Source: a virus
Reading direction: 5' to 3' (one strand)
DNA: 64,000 nt
Virus record (IMG/VR): IMGVR_UViG_3300035703_000041
Span: 1 to 64,000 of that record
Both the position numbers and the translations under genes were made by a program. This document shows, one piece after another, positions 17,968 through 27,682 of the stretch. The notes under the pieces are model-generated. The model was given only the letters and a program-made list of their open reading frames with translations. It was not told the origin of the DNA and did no database searches. Numbering within the stretch: position 1 is the first letter of the stretch; every line of letters starts with the position of its first letter.

Positions 17968-18443
17968 TGGAAAAACTTCCAGTACTGTACGTATTTGTTA
18001 ACACTGATCTGCCAAGTATGAACCCTGGTAAGGCGCAGGCTCACAGTGGTCACGCTGCTAATGCGTTTATTCATCAAAATGCAATTAAGCTTATGCTGGC
18101 TGGCAAGCGTGTAGACCCAATTCTTGCTGAATGGATGGGTGCTACGCCGTTTGGATTTGGCACACAGATCAACCTCAAGGGAAAGTGGGATGATGTTGTT
18201 AAAACCGTTGCTGACTGGTGTGAAACTGGTGGGCGCGGTGAACTGGTAATTGATCCAACCTATCCTTATATTGTTGATGCTGAAATTGTTAAGCTGATTG
18301 ACTCTAAAGTTCATACTGAAATTCCGTTTGATCTTGAGAACGGTAAGTTCCTGTGTCATCGTAATGAAGTGACCGCAGCTTATATCTTTGGTTATAAGCA
18401 GGATCTGGAACAGTTTGTTGGCAAGTATCCACTGCATCCATGA
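17967..18443 (+). CDS. Peptidyl-tRNA hydrolase, Pth2-like
   Basis: LYVFVNTDL.SMNPGKAQAHSGHAA resembles Pth2 VRxDLxMxxGKxAAQxxHA. Confidence 0.65.
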   Translation: MEKLPVLYVFVNTDLPSMNPGKAQAHSGHAANAFIHQNAIKLMLAGKRVDPILAEWMGATPFGFGTQINLKGKWDDVVKTVADWCETGGRGELVIDPTYPYIVDAEIVKLIDSKVHTEIPFDLENGKFLCHRNEVTAAYIFGYKQDLEQFVGKYPLHP

Positions 18444-18628
18444 ACCTAAATGACAAAAAAGTACTACGTGTAGCACGAGCAATATGCTATGCTGCTGGTA
18501 CTGAAAACTTCAGTTATTGTGTAGTTTGTGATCCTGATAATAAAGGATTAGGGCCATCTAACTGCACAATGATTGAACAATTCAAGCGTGAGGCAGAGGC
18601 TGCAATTAAGGCAGCAAAGGGATATTAA
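18440..18628 (+). CDS. Hypothetical Cys-containing protein
   Basis: RVARAIC...EAEAAI. Confidence 0.45.
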   Translation: MNLNDKKVLRVARAICYAAGTENFSYCVVCDPDNKGLGPSNCTMIEQFKREAEAAIKAAKGY

Positions 18629-18901
18629 ATGACCAAAAATGAAATAATTGAAATGCTTAGGGGCGGAGTATATACAGTGACCTTTACCAAGGTAAATGGT
18701 GAGGAACGTAGTATGCCCTGCACACTAATGGAATCGTTTTTACCTCTACCAACAAAGAACGATCCAATTACGCAAAAGAAGGTGCGTGAAATTAATGATA
18801 AGGTAGTTGCTGCTTGGTGTGTTAATAAGCGGCAGTTCCGCAGTTTTAGAGTAGACAACGTCATTAAGATTGAAAAATATACAGAGAATAATAATGGCTA
18901 A
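18629..18901 (+). CDS. WYL-like/SH3 beta-barrel protein
   Basis: VTFTKVNGEERSMPCTL...FRSFRVDNV. Confidence 0.7.
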   Translation: MTKNEIIEMLRGGVYTVTFTKVNGEERSMPCTLMESFLPLPTKNDPITQKKVREINDKVVAAWCVNKRQFRSFRVDNVIKIEKYTENNNG

Positions 18902-19271
18902 AGAACTATTGTTTAGCGTGACCGCAGCAGATTGTGATTGGCAATACTTGCGTGGTACAGGTCCAGGTGGACAAAAACGCAACAAGACTGAGTCCAAAGT
19001 TCGTTGCGTCCATCGTGCTAGCGGCGCAGTAGGCGAAAGTGACCTTACTCGTAGTCAACACGAAAACAAACGTATTGCATTTCGCAAAATGGCAGAAAGC
19101 AACGAATTCAAACTTTGGCATAAACTAGAAACGGCACGGCGCATGGGCGATCAACTTACTGTTGAGGAGAAGGTTGACAAAGCCATGAACGATGCTAATT
19201 TACGTATTGAAGGTAAAGCTGGCGGGCGTTGGGTTCCAATTGAAGAAGCGCCGTTTGAGGAAACAAAGTAA
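18894..19271 (+). CDS. GGQ-motif release factor homologue (ArfB/PrfH-like)
   Basis: RGTGPGGQKRNKTES.VR..H...RSQHENK. Confidence 0.85.
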   Translation: MAKELLFSVTAADCDWQYLRGTGPGGQKRNKTESKVRCVHRASGAVGESDLTRSQHENKRIAFRKMAESNEFKLWHKLETARRMGDQLTVEEKVDKAMNDANLRIEGKAGGRWVPIEEAPFEETK

Positions 19272-19501
19272 TGAAACTAATCAGTGTTATGTTGTTTATT
19301 CTTAGTATGGCGTTGTTGATTTCAACGCTTAAAACAATTAGTCTTCGCCATGAAAATAATTTTCTAGCAGCAGATCGAGAGTTCTTAAAAAAGAACTATG
19401 ACTATTATTTTGATGGAGCAGTTAAAAGGCAATACCTTGATATTTGTAAAAATGCAAAAGGTGAAATTGGTAGTTGGTTCAAAGATGAGTGTGTGAAATA
19501 A
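19271..19501 (+). CDS. Membrane-anchored hypothetical protein
   Basis: Hydrophobic N-terminus. Confidence 0.45.
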   Translation: MKLISVMLFILSMALLISTLKTISLRHENNFLAADREFLKKNYDYYFDGAVKRQYLDICKNAKGEIGSWFKDECVK

Positions 19502-19725
19502 TGGAAAAACTTTTAGAGCTTGCTAAAGAAGCTGGACTTAAAGGACAGTTTGAAACTGGACTAAGTCCGCAAGAGCAAAAATTTGCTGAACTAATCATCA
19601 AAGAATGCGGCATAACATTGCTCGATAGCCGATACAAGATTGCCGAGACTGATTATTATGATGGTTTCAATGAAGCTTTAGTATACAGCGCAAATAGAAT
19701 AGAAGAGCTTTTTGGTTTTGAGTAA
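19501..19725 (+). CDS. Hypothetical protein (FAELII.EC family)
   Basis: KFAELIIKEC...I.E.FG. Confidence 0.55.
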   Translation: MEKLLELAKEAGLKGQFETGLSPQEQKFAELIIKECGITLLDSRYKIAETDYYDGFNEALVYSANRIEELFGFE

Positions 19726-19903
19726 GCATAAACATATCGATGATGCCGGCGAACGTGCTATAAAAAAGCATCAACAGTTGTTACATGCAAAAGTACTAGA
19801 ATTGGTTCTTGGAGACATGGTAGGAATAGACGGGGTGCATGAAACTAGACAAAAATTAAAATGGTACTATGACCATTTAGAGGAATTTGATAATGGACTT
19901 TGA
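19712..19903 (+). CDS. Hypothetical protein
   Basis: Fills gap; start uncertain. Confidence 0.35.
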   Translation: MVLSKHKHIDDAGERAIKKHQQLLHAKVLELVLGDMVGIDGVHETRQKLKWYYDHLEEFDNGL

Positions 19904-20126
19904 TGGAGTTATGATGACAAAACATTTTAGAAACGATGACGATGTGCCAGATGGTTTTCTTTGGCCAACTTGGTCAGCATTTGAAAAAGATATGGAAGAA
20001 GAACTAGAGCGCATGAAGACTGAAGGCGTACGTCTTGGCAAATTAGAAGTAACACCTGAAGGATGGTTAAAAGGTCATGGACACCTAGACAACTGGTTCG
20101 ATGCAGTCTGTAAGAAAGACGACTAA
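19887..20126 (+). CDS. Hypothetical protein
   Basis: Start uncertain. Confidence 0.4.
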   Translation: MIMDFDGVMMTKHFRNDDDVPDGFLWPTWSAFEKDMEEELERMKTEGVRLGKLEVTPEGWLKGHGHLDNWFDAVCKKDD

Positions 20127-20358
20127 AGAAGTTCCACAGCACTACGATAAACTTGGAACAGAACTTTTTCCAGGCGATTTCGTTGCTGCTCCTTGCGTTC
20201 ATAAAAAAATACAGATTGCAAAGGTGATAAAACTTAATCCTAAAATGCTAACAATCTGCAAGATTGGGACAAAGTATAATACAAATACATATGCTAATGA
20301 AACAGTAAAACTTGACCCTGCACTTGTTTCTATGTATATTTTACGAAACAAAAAGTAG
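20101..20358 (+). CDS. Hypothetical SH3-like protein
   Basis: DKLG.EL..GDFVA. Confidence 0.5.
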   Translation: MQSVRKTTKEVPQHYDKLGTELFPGDFVAAPCVHKKIQIAKVIKLNPKMLTICKIGTKYNTNTYANETVKLDPALVSMYILRNKK

Positions 20359-20363
20359 ATAAT

Positions 20364-20765
20364 ATGCGAGCAGAATTTGAATCACTTCTTGGCAAGACAC
20401 TTATAAAAATTGAGTCAGATCCACAAGAGATCAAATTCTACACATTTACCCATGTGTATACATTGACGCATGATCAGGATTGTTGTGAGTCTGTTACTGT
20501 AGAAAGCATCAACGGTAACTTAGAGGATTTAATTGGTAGTCCTATTCTTCTTGCAGAAGAAGCAAGTAATAGTTGGGATGCAACAGATGATGCAAGAGTA
20601 ATGCATGCCTTAATGCCAAATGAACCTATATCATCTGGTGATGAAAGTTGGACATGGACATTTTACAAGTTAGCAACTATTAAGGGCTATGTTGATATAC
20701 GTTGGTATGGTACTAGCAATGGTTACTACAGCGAAACTGTAAGTTTTTATTGTAATGAGTACTAA
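20364..20765 (+). CDS. Conserved phage protein
   Basis: HDQDCCESV...[11 protein letters not shown]...SNGYYS. Confidence 0.7.
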   Translation: MRAEFESLLGKTLIKIESDPQEIKFYTFTHVYTLTHDQDCCESVTVESINGNLEDLIGSPILLAEEASNSWDATDDARVMHALMPNEPISSGDESWTWTFYKLATIKGYVDIRWYGTSNGYYSETVSFYCNEY

Positions 20766-20995
20766 TGGAAATTTATTTTTATAAGATGCCTGCTACACCA
20801 CCAAATGTTTGGTTTACAAATTTTAATGGTGTAGTAATTTCTGAATGGTGTGCTGAACATAACATTCGTTATAAAATGTATAGCTTTAATGGATTTAGTA
20901 CCGGAATTGTTCTTGAAGATGAAAAAGATAGAGTGTATTTTGAATTAAGATGGGGTGGGAAACCTCCTACACACATAGAGGATTATATAGACTAA
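20765..20995 (+). CDS. FxLRW-family small protein 6
   Basis: EKDRVYFELRWG. Confidence 0.55.
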   Translation: MEIYFYKMPATPPNVWFTNFNGVVISEWCAEHNIRYKMYSFNGFSTGIVLEDEKDRVYFELRWGGKPPTHIEDYID

Positions 20996-21450
20996 TGGCT
21001 ACAATATACATGCTTGTGGGAGTTCCCGGTTCGGGCAAAACTACGTGGATTAAGAATAATAAGCACAATGCTGTTGTTCTAAGCACCGACGATTATATCG
21101 AAAAGGTTGCCGCTAAACAGGGCAAGACTTATAGCGAAGCATTCAAAGACGTTATTGGCGATGCTACAGATCAAATGGAAAAAGATCTTATCCAAGCTGT
21201 GCGTAACGAGCGCGACATCATTTGGGATCAAACAAATCTTACTGCTAAGACTCGTAAGAGCAAATTAAGTCGTATTCCAAAAAGTTATAAGAAGGTTGGG
21301 GTATACTTTTCTGTACCGCACGACTTGCGTGATCGTTTAGCAAGTCGTCCAGGAAAAACTATTCCAGAACCTGTTGTGCTGAGTATGATTAACCAACTTC
21401 AACCTCCATCAAAAGAGGAAGGATTTGATGAGATCGTCCACGCAAGCTGA
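20995..21450 (+). CDS. Polynucleotide kinase-like P-loop protein (AAA_33)
   Basis: GVPGSGKTT, STD, DQTNL...R. Confidence 0.85.
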   Translation: MATIYMLVGVPGSGKTTWIKNNKHNAVVLSTDDYIEKVAAKQGKTYSEAFKDVIGDATDQMEKDLIQAVRNERDIIWDQTNLTAKTRKSKLSRIPKSYKKVGVYFSVPHDLRDRLASRPGKTIPEPVVLSMINQLQPPSKEEGFDEIVHAS

Positions 21451-21703
21451 TTGGTTGCCCGTAAGCGAATACATGAGTTACGTAGGTGAACTACAAAGAA
21501 AAAGTGGTGAACCATATAATTGGAGTTATTATCTACCTAAAAGTGGCTATTACTCTGTTTTACTCCGCGATCCATTACAGTGGAGTAACGCACATGCTTG
21601 GGCAACCGATACTGCTGGTCTTGGTTATTATTGTTGGGCTGGTAGCGTTTTTTATTTTAATAGAGAAAGCGATGCACTTCTATTTGCACTACAATTTGGA
21701 TAA
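21428..21703 (+). CDS. FxLRW-family small protein 7 (divergent)
   Basis: FYFNRESDALLFALQFG. Confidence 0.5.
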   Translation: MRSSTQADWLPVSEYMSYVGELQRKSGEPYNWSYYLPKSGYYSVLLRDPLQWSNAHAWATDTAGLGYYCWAGSVFYFNRESDALLFALQFG

Positions 21704-21706
21704 AAT

Positions 21707-22231
21707 ATGGATCTACCTAAGTTAGAACATTTCTATGAAAGTGTAGAGGGATGGTTCACTGATCAAGACGCAGCAATGTATAAGTTTGCAATTGACCGTA
21801 GCCCAAACCCTGCACATTTTGTAGAAATTGGTTGTCACAAAGGTCGCAGTTCTTCTTATGCTGCTACAGAAATTGCTAACAGCGGAAAGAGCATTACATT
21901 TGATTGCATTGATATTTGGGAAGATAACTTAGTCTTTGAAGAGTTTAAAGTCAACATGAAACCACTTGAAAAGTATCACACTGCAATTAATTTAGCTTCA
22001 ATGGAAGCAGTTAAACTTTATCAAAACTCTAGTTTAGATTTTGTTTTCATTGACGGGGACCATCATCTAGCGGCAGTAACTTACGATATAAAAAAATGGT
22101 ATCCAAAAGTTAAACCGCAAGGGATACTTGCTGGACATGATTTACATTTTGAAACTGTTAAAACAGCAGTAGAAAAGATATTTGAAAATTACCAAACAAT
22201 AGGTAATTGCTGGTATGTAATTAAAAAGTGA
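21707..22231 (+). CDS. Class I SAM methyltransferase (Methyltransf_24-like)
   Basis: VEIGCHKGRS, DFVFIDGDH, GILAGHD. Confidence 0.85.
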   Translation: MDLPKLEHFYESVEGWFTDQDAAMYKFAIDRSPNPAHFVEIGCHKGRSSSYAATEIANSGKSITFDCIDIWEDNLVFEEFKVNMKPLEKYHTAINLASMEAVKLYQNSSLDFVFIDGDHHLAAVTYDIKKWYPKVKPQGILAGHDLHFETVKTAVEKIFENYQTIGNCWYVIKK

Positions 22232-22240
22232 GAGAAAAAT

Positions 22241-22591
22241 ATGTGGCCATTTAAGAAAAAAATTGAAGTAGCTGAAGAAAAAGTTAAAGAAGAATCTGAA
22301 ACCATTACTATCTATGCAAATGATGATGGTATGCGCCGTGCAGAAGTTGCTATGCGTATGGCCGGGTTTGCGATTAATACCACAATGTATAATCAGCTTC
22401 CTTGGATTGCCAAGGCATTTGATGAATACAAAAAACTAGATTATGCAGCTGGTGCTAATTCACGTAAAAAGAAAAAACCAAAGAACACCTACTGCCCTGG
22501 ATGTAAGAGATATCTAGATGAGATTAAAAAAGATGGTTGCGGATCACAACGTTGTCCACCTCTTACAGCAGGACCTTCACCTAACGATTAA
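22241..22591 (+). CDS. Hypothetical protein with C-terminal Cys cluster
   Basis: CPGC...C..RC. Confidence 0.45.
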   Translation: MWPFKKKIEVAEEKVKEESETITIYANDDGMRRAEVAMRMAGFAINTTMYNQLPWIAKAFDEYKKLDYAAGANSRKKKKPKNTYCPGCKRYLDEIKKDGCGSQRCPPLTAGPSPND

Positions 22592-23196
22592 TTGCTGTTG
22601 GCAATAAACGCAGGCACCCATTCCAATACTTCTGTGTGCTTTGTTAGAAAATGAAACCCTAGCCCTGCTCCAAAATCTTCTATTCTAAAATAAAACTTTG
22701 ATGCACTTGGATCTATAACATTAAGTATCTCAAACAAATGAGCATCTGACGTTATCTCATCTTCCTCCATTTTAGTTGAAGATGATATGATTATTGGATG
22801 CTTATGAATTCCAAGAATTGCCATAGCTGTTAATTTTTTATTACCTTTGTAGACGACATACTTTTCTTTAAAAAAGTTTAGACATATTGGTGATCTAACA
22901 GGGTTGTTTGGTAATTCTGATATTAAGTATTCAACTGCTGCAACCGTTCGTCGTTTAGTATAATCGCTTGATTGAATAATTTCTTGATAAGAATTATTGT
23001 ATGAGCTTGCTAATGATGTAGGATCTACTTTCAAAAGTTCAAAAGGGTTACAAGACTTAAAGTAAAGTTTGTAACCTTGAGTATTGAAGTAGGGAATAAC
23101 TCCGTCAATAAGCTTGTTAGTTTCAGACTGGTTATTCTCTACTTCGCCAATAAACTTTCCTATATCAAGTAAAATAACTGGATTATTCGTCACCAT
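22588..23196 (-). CDS. Hypothetical protein, degenerate ParB/Srx-like
   Basis: PICL...YVVYKGNKKLTAMAILG; overlaps phoH end. Confidence 0.45.
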   Translation of the reverse strand: MVTNNPVILLDIGKFIGEVENNQSETNKLIDGVIPYFNTQGYKLYFKSCNPFELLKVDPTSLASSYNNSYQEIIQSSDYTKRRTVAAVEYLISELPNNPVRSPICLNFFKEKYVVYKGNKKLTAMAILGIHKHPIIISSSTKMEEDEITSDAHLFEILNVIDPSASKFYFRIEDFGAGLGFHFLTKHTEVLEWVPAFIANSN

Positions 23197-23929
23197 AAAT
23201 TTTTAATACTTCTGCTACTGCTGGGTGCCTTTCTATATCTTTATAACCAAATGCAGTCCATCCAATAAATTTACTTTCGCCAAAGCTTTGTAACAAACGG
23301 TCAAAGTCAATTAGACCATTGTCTTCGCCTTTGCGATCTGCCTGCATAACGTCACCTGTAACCACCATGCGTGAACCTTCGCCTAATCGAGTAAGTAACA
23401 TTTTCATCTGGCCCGGTGTAGCGTTTTGCATTTCATCAGCAATTATATAACTGTCTTTGAAAGTGCGTCCACGCATAAATGCCAGTGGGCTTATTTCTAA
23501 TATGCCTTCTTCGAGCATCATTTGTGTATCTTTTGGAGTATAATGTTCGTGCAATACATCAAATATTGGTCGTGTCCATGGTTCCATCTTTTGATTAAGA
23601 TCACCAGGTAAGAATCCATGTTTTTCACCATCAACTCCAACTGCTGGACGAGTTACAATAATTTTCTTTATATCACCTTCTTTGAGTGCTTTAACGGCTG
23701 CTAATACTGCTAACATTGTTTTACCAGTACCAGCAGGACCTGTTGCAAATACTATGCTTAAGTCTGGACTTAATAAGTTATAAATGTAATCTTCTTGTCT
23801 TCTATTTCGCGGAATTAATTCTATGCGCTTATTATGTTTTTTATATTCATTAAAGTTTATAGTGTTATTTGATTGTTTAGTTTCATTGTTTTTAAACTCA
23901 TTCCATGAGCGTTTTGTTTTTCTAGACAA
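23183..23929 (-). CDS. phoH: PhoH family ATPase
   Basis: GPAGTGKT, GFLPG, LAFMRGRT, DEMQN, GDVMQ, RHP; minus-strand TAAATA at 23988-23993. Confidence 0.95.
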   Translation of the reverse strand: MSRKTKRSWNEFKNNETKQSNNTINFNEYKKHNKRIELIPRNRRQEDYIYNLLSPDLSIVFATGPAGTGKTMLAVLAAVKALKEGDIKKIIVTRPAVGVDGEKHGFLPGDLNQKMEPWTRPIFDVLHEHYTPKDTQMMLEEGILEISPLAFMRGRTFKDSYIIADEMQNATPGQMKMLLTRLGEGSRMVVTGDVMQADRKGEDNGLIDFDRLLQSFGESKFIGWTAFGYKDIERHPAVAEVLKIYGDE

Positions 23930-24045
23930 GTAAATTTGCTCCCATAAATGAAGGGCAGCCCTACTAGGGCTAATTGCCCTCCAAAAGTATTTACGGTGTT
24001 TTACAAAACGATTGCTTCAAATGCTACTTTTATAATACTAGCATT

Positions 24046-24777
24046 TTACTTTTCAAAAACAAAGTACAAGCGATTTCCGTTATCTTTTTTAAGTGTAATT
24101 AACTTTACATTGTGATCTTTAGCAAGACGATAAACGCTATCAAAGTCGTAAGGATAAATTTCAATATAAGAACCATTTTTGTGCGTTTCTCCTGGATTTG
24201 CTCGCACATAGACGCGACCACCAGGCGCAGTCAATTCAAATACTTTCTTAAATTTTGCACTCACATCTTCATAACTACCAAAGTTAATACTACCTAAAAC
24301 AAGTACAGCATCATATGTATTAGGTTCTACATTGTAATCGAGAATATCCACCATAAAGTCTGCACTGTTATTGTACTTGTCAATGCCAACTAGGTTTGGA
24401 ATACGTGGTTTAAATTGATTGTAACCACATCCAACATCTAACACTGCTTTAGGATTTTCTTTTAAAACTGTATCAACTAATCCCCACCCGGTGTATTGAT
24501 ATTGATCAGTCTTTGGTTGCCAGATACCTTGTCCCCAAAAACGTTCGCTATACTTCTCATCAATGTTATCTACTAGATTGCGTATTGTTCCACTAAAGTT
24601 TATATCATTTAATCCAAATTCATCTGCACACGCAATTTGAAACTTCTCAAAACGAGCAGGTGTCCAAGGAAGATCGTTTATAAATGTATACTCATGAAAG
24701 GTTAAAGAATTGTATTTTGGTAATTTAAAGCTGTCTTGCAATTTTTCGCTTACGTACCTAAAAATTTTTTTATTCAC
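24046..24777 (-). CDS. SAM methyltransferase with N-terminal ACP-like domain
   Basis: VLDVGCG, GID, YDAVL; minus-strand TATAAATA at 24806-24813. Confidence 0.75.
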   Translation of the reverse strand: MNKKIFRYVSEKLQDSFKLPKYNSLTFHEYTFINDLPWTPARFEKFQIACADEFGLNDINFSGTIRNLVDNIDEKYSERFWGQGIWQPKTDQYQYTGWGLVDTVLKENPKAVLDVGCGYNQFKPRIPNLVGIDKYNNSADFMVDILDYNVEPNTYDAVLVLGSINFGSYEDVSAKFKKVFELTAPGGRVYVRANPGETHKNGSYIEIYPYDFDSVYRLAKDHNVKLITLKKDNGNRLYFVFEK

Positions 24778-24863
24778 TAGAAATTTCCTTTATTTGTTAA
24801 AAATCTATTTATAGTATATAATTTTTTATTAATATAAGTAAATTTATTAAAGAAAGCAAAAAA

Positions 24864-25598
24864 ATGACACAGTTAATATGTTTAGCGTACCAACCTGGAT
24901 CTTACGGAAGTTTTACAAGTTGGGTCGTAGATCGCTTTAGTGCAGAACATAAAAAGTATGAAGCAGTAGCAGATGATCCACTATTGCCAGATGGCAGTGG
25001 TCACAAGTATGTAACTTACTGCAAGATTCAAAACAATGACAACTTTATTGCAATGATGGATCATGCAAAGTCAAAGCAAAAACCATGGGGCTATAACATC
25101 TATGCTGGATGGCCTGTTGGGGTGCGTGAAGACATAAACGTTTGCATGATGAAAGCAATTGGCAATCTTAAAGACAACGACAAAATGATCTTAATTGAAT
25201 GTACAAACATGGAGGAACATTTCATTCGTTATCTACGTAATGAGCCAACTATGGATCAAGCACGTTGGTATGGTATGTTAGAGGTGACCGACGAAGAGGA
25301 TTTGTACGTTCGTCTCAAGGTAGACGTGGAAGCAAGACAACTTGCACCTAATTATTACAATAAGAACTTACTACGCATTAACATGCAAGACATTAACTTT
25401 GCTGAGCCATATGTTTTGTTTGATAAAATCACAAATTTTCTTGCGTGGGATATTTGCGACAGAGAACTTTTTGGTGAAATCTTTAATCGCAGACAAAAAC
25501 TTCAGGTGCCATACTATGAGCAGTTGAAAAGAGTAATGACTGGTGATGTTCGCACACCAGCAGAACGTGTAGTTTACAGATACATTAAAGGAGAATAA
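24864..25598 (+). CDS. Hypothetical protein, P-loop/sulfotransferase-like
   Basis: N-terminal YQPGSYGSF strand-loop. Confidence 0.45.
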   Translation: MTQLICLAYQPGSYGSFTSWVVDRFSAEHKKYEAVADDPLLPDGSGHKYVTYCKIQNNDNFIAMMDHAKSKQKPWGYNIYAGWPVGVREDINVCMMKAIGNLKDNDKMILIECTNMEEHFIRYLRNEPTMDQARWYGMLEVTDEEDLYVRLKVDVEARQLAPNYYNKNLLRINMQDINFAEPYVLFDKITNFLAWDICDRELFGEIFNRRQKLQVPYYEQLKRVMTGDVRTPAERVVYRYIKGE

Positions 25599-25599
25599 T

Positions 25600-27063
25600 A
25601 TGGATTTCACAACTCTATTCCCGTTGTTTAGTCAATCAACGGGATGGGCAATTGTTGGTCTTTACGGACTAGTAGTTTTAGCATTAACTACATTTTACGT
25701 TAAGGGCTATGCAGATAATAAAACAAGCTTCCTTGTTGCACGCCGTGAGATTGGTGGTGTAGCAGGATCAATGAGTATTGCAGCAGCGTGGGCATGGGCA
25801 CCCGCACTGTTTATTTCTGCCCAGATGGCATATCAAAACGGTATTGCAGGGTTGTTTTGGTTTACCATCGGTAACTTTTTAACACTCATTCTCTTTGGAT
25901 GGTTTGTCCCCAAGATACGAGAACGAATGCCTGAAGGATTTACGCTTGCTGGCTACGTCAAAGAAAAGTTTAGCAACCGTGTACAAAACATCTTCTTGCT
26001 AGAACTTTGGATGCTTGCAAGCTGTGCATTTGCTATTAACGCACTTGCCGGATCAAAAGCAGTCGAGACAATTACTGGTCTTAACTACCACGTAACTAGC
26101 CTTGTACTAGCAGGTATTGCACTTGTTTACGCATTGCGCGGCGGACTTAAGGCATCAGTTGTAACTGAGATCTTCAAAATTGTTGTGCTATGGGCAGGTA
26201 TTATCCTTGTTATTCCTTGGGCTTGGAGTGCAGCAGGTGGCAGCTTAACACTTGCAAATGGCCTAGGCGGTATTACCGGTAATGGCGCTAGCTTAATTAA
26301 CGAGTTTGCGCTTGGTGTATTCATGGCCGTAGGTATGAGTACAGCACTAGGACACTTGGGTGCACCATGGGGTGACAACGGGTTCTATCAACGTGCATTT
26401 GCTATTAAGCAAAATGCAATTAGAAAGGCATTTATTGGTGGTGCGTTTGTATTCGTATTTGTTCCGCTAATGATTGGTTCACTTGGTTTCCTTGCAGCAG
26501 GCATGGGCTTACAGATTCCTAAGGAACTTGTAGGCATGACAACTGTTATTACAATTGGTAGCGTACTACCAAGCTGGACAGTGTTAGTACTTGTATTCAT
26601 GTTGCTTGCAGGTCTAGTTGCAGTTCTTGACAGTCAACTTAACAGTGCTGCAAGTCTTGTAGGACATGACATTAAGAACAAGTTTAGCAGTGATACTTCT
26701 GAGACTGCAAACATTCGCTGGTCACGCGCTGGTATGTTTGCGTTAGCTGCAATGGCACTTAGTATTGCAAATTGGCCTGGCATGACTCTACTAACAATCT
26801 TCTTGTTCTTTGGTGTTATGAGAGCAACTGTTTGGTGGCCAATGATGCTACATCTATGGAAACCAAACTTAATTACTGAACGTGGTATGTTCTGGGGTAT
26901 CGTAATCGCATTCGTGCTTGGGTTCCCAACATTCGTTTACGGTCAACAATTTGGCGGCGGTGCAAATCTAACTATGATTGGTACACTTGTAGCAATCTTT
27001 GGTTCAGGCGCACTTGCTTACCTTATCAGCAAGTTGGATAATAAGAAGTTAGCACATGCCTAA
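25600..27063 (+). CDS. Sodium:solute symporter family transporter (DUR3/PutP-like)
   Basis: About 13 TM segments; SF..A.R, SIAAAWAW, GGLKASV.T, YQRAFA. Confidence 0.88.
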   Translation: MDFTTLFPLFSQSTGWAIVGLYGLVVLALTTFYVKGYADNKTSFLVARREIGGVAGSMSIAAAWAWAPALFISAQMAYQNGIAGLFWFTIGNFLTLILFGWFVPKIRERMPEGFTLAGYVKEKFSNRVQNIFLLELWMLASCAFAINALAGSKAVETITGLNYHVTSLVLAGIALVYALRGGLKASVVTEIFKIVVLWAGIILVIPWAWSAAGGSLTLANGLGGITGNGASLINEFALGVFMAVGMSTALGHLGAPWGDNGFYQRAFAIKQNAIRKAFIGGAFVFVFVPLMIGSLGFLAAGMGLQIPKELVGMTTVITIGSVLPSWTVLVLVFMLLAGLVAVLDSQLNSAASLVGHDIKNKFSSDTSETANIRWSRAGMFALAAMALSIANWPGMTLLTIFLFFGVMRATVWWPMMLHLWKPNLITERGMFWGIVIAFVLGFPTFVYGQQFGGGANLTMIGTLVAIFGSGALAYLISKLDNKKLAHA

Positions 27064-27682
27064 CAAATATATATTCGTTGCCGGCGCACCGGGCTCCAAA
27101 TGGAGCTCGGTCGTCAAAAACATTTATTACAGTCCTAGCATTGATCGTAGCGACTACAGCGATGATAGAACTTATTATCACAGTGCGTGGGGTAAACCAG
27201 AGTTAATGCATTTAGGTGCATACTACGATCCAGGCATGGAGTTTGGCAAAAAGTTTATGCGACTTCCGTTAATGGAAACTAAAGACGCAGAACAAGAATT
27301 TAATCGACCATTTAATGGCAAAGGTTCGCGTATAGTTAAGAGCCATGTGTTTTGTCACTACTTAGATTATCTTAAACACACTTGGCTAGATTCACCAATT
27401 GTATTAGTACATAGACCAAATGATGCATGTCTAGGTTGGTGGGTACGTTGTGGACAGTTTGACATTACGTATCCTAACTATCAATACTACAGCAATCTAC
27501 AAATGATGGCTATGCATATTGACCAACAAAACGCAGACATGTTAAAGTATTGCGTTGAAAATGATGTTGATTTTGATGTTGAAGACAATTACGATTTATG
27601 CGATCGTCTTGGTATTGAACGACCATCTATCGAATACAAACAAAACTATGCACAATGCGATATAAGGGTAGCAATAGTATGA
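27056..27682 (+). CDS. Sulfotransferase-like P-loop protein
   Basis: IFVAGAPGSKWS...IVKSH...IVLVHR. Confidence 0.5.
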   Translation: MPNKYIFVAGAPGSKWSSVVKNIYYSPSIDRSDYSDDRTYYHSAWGKPELMHLGAYYDPGMEFGKKFMRLPLMETKDAEQEFNRPFNGKGSRIVKSHVFCHYLDYLKHTWLDSPIVLVHRPNDACLGWWVRCGQFDITYPNYQYYSNLQMMAMHIDQQNADMLKYCVENDVDFDVEDNYDLCDRLGIERPSIEYKQNYAQCDIRVAIV

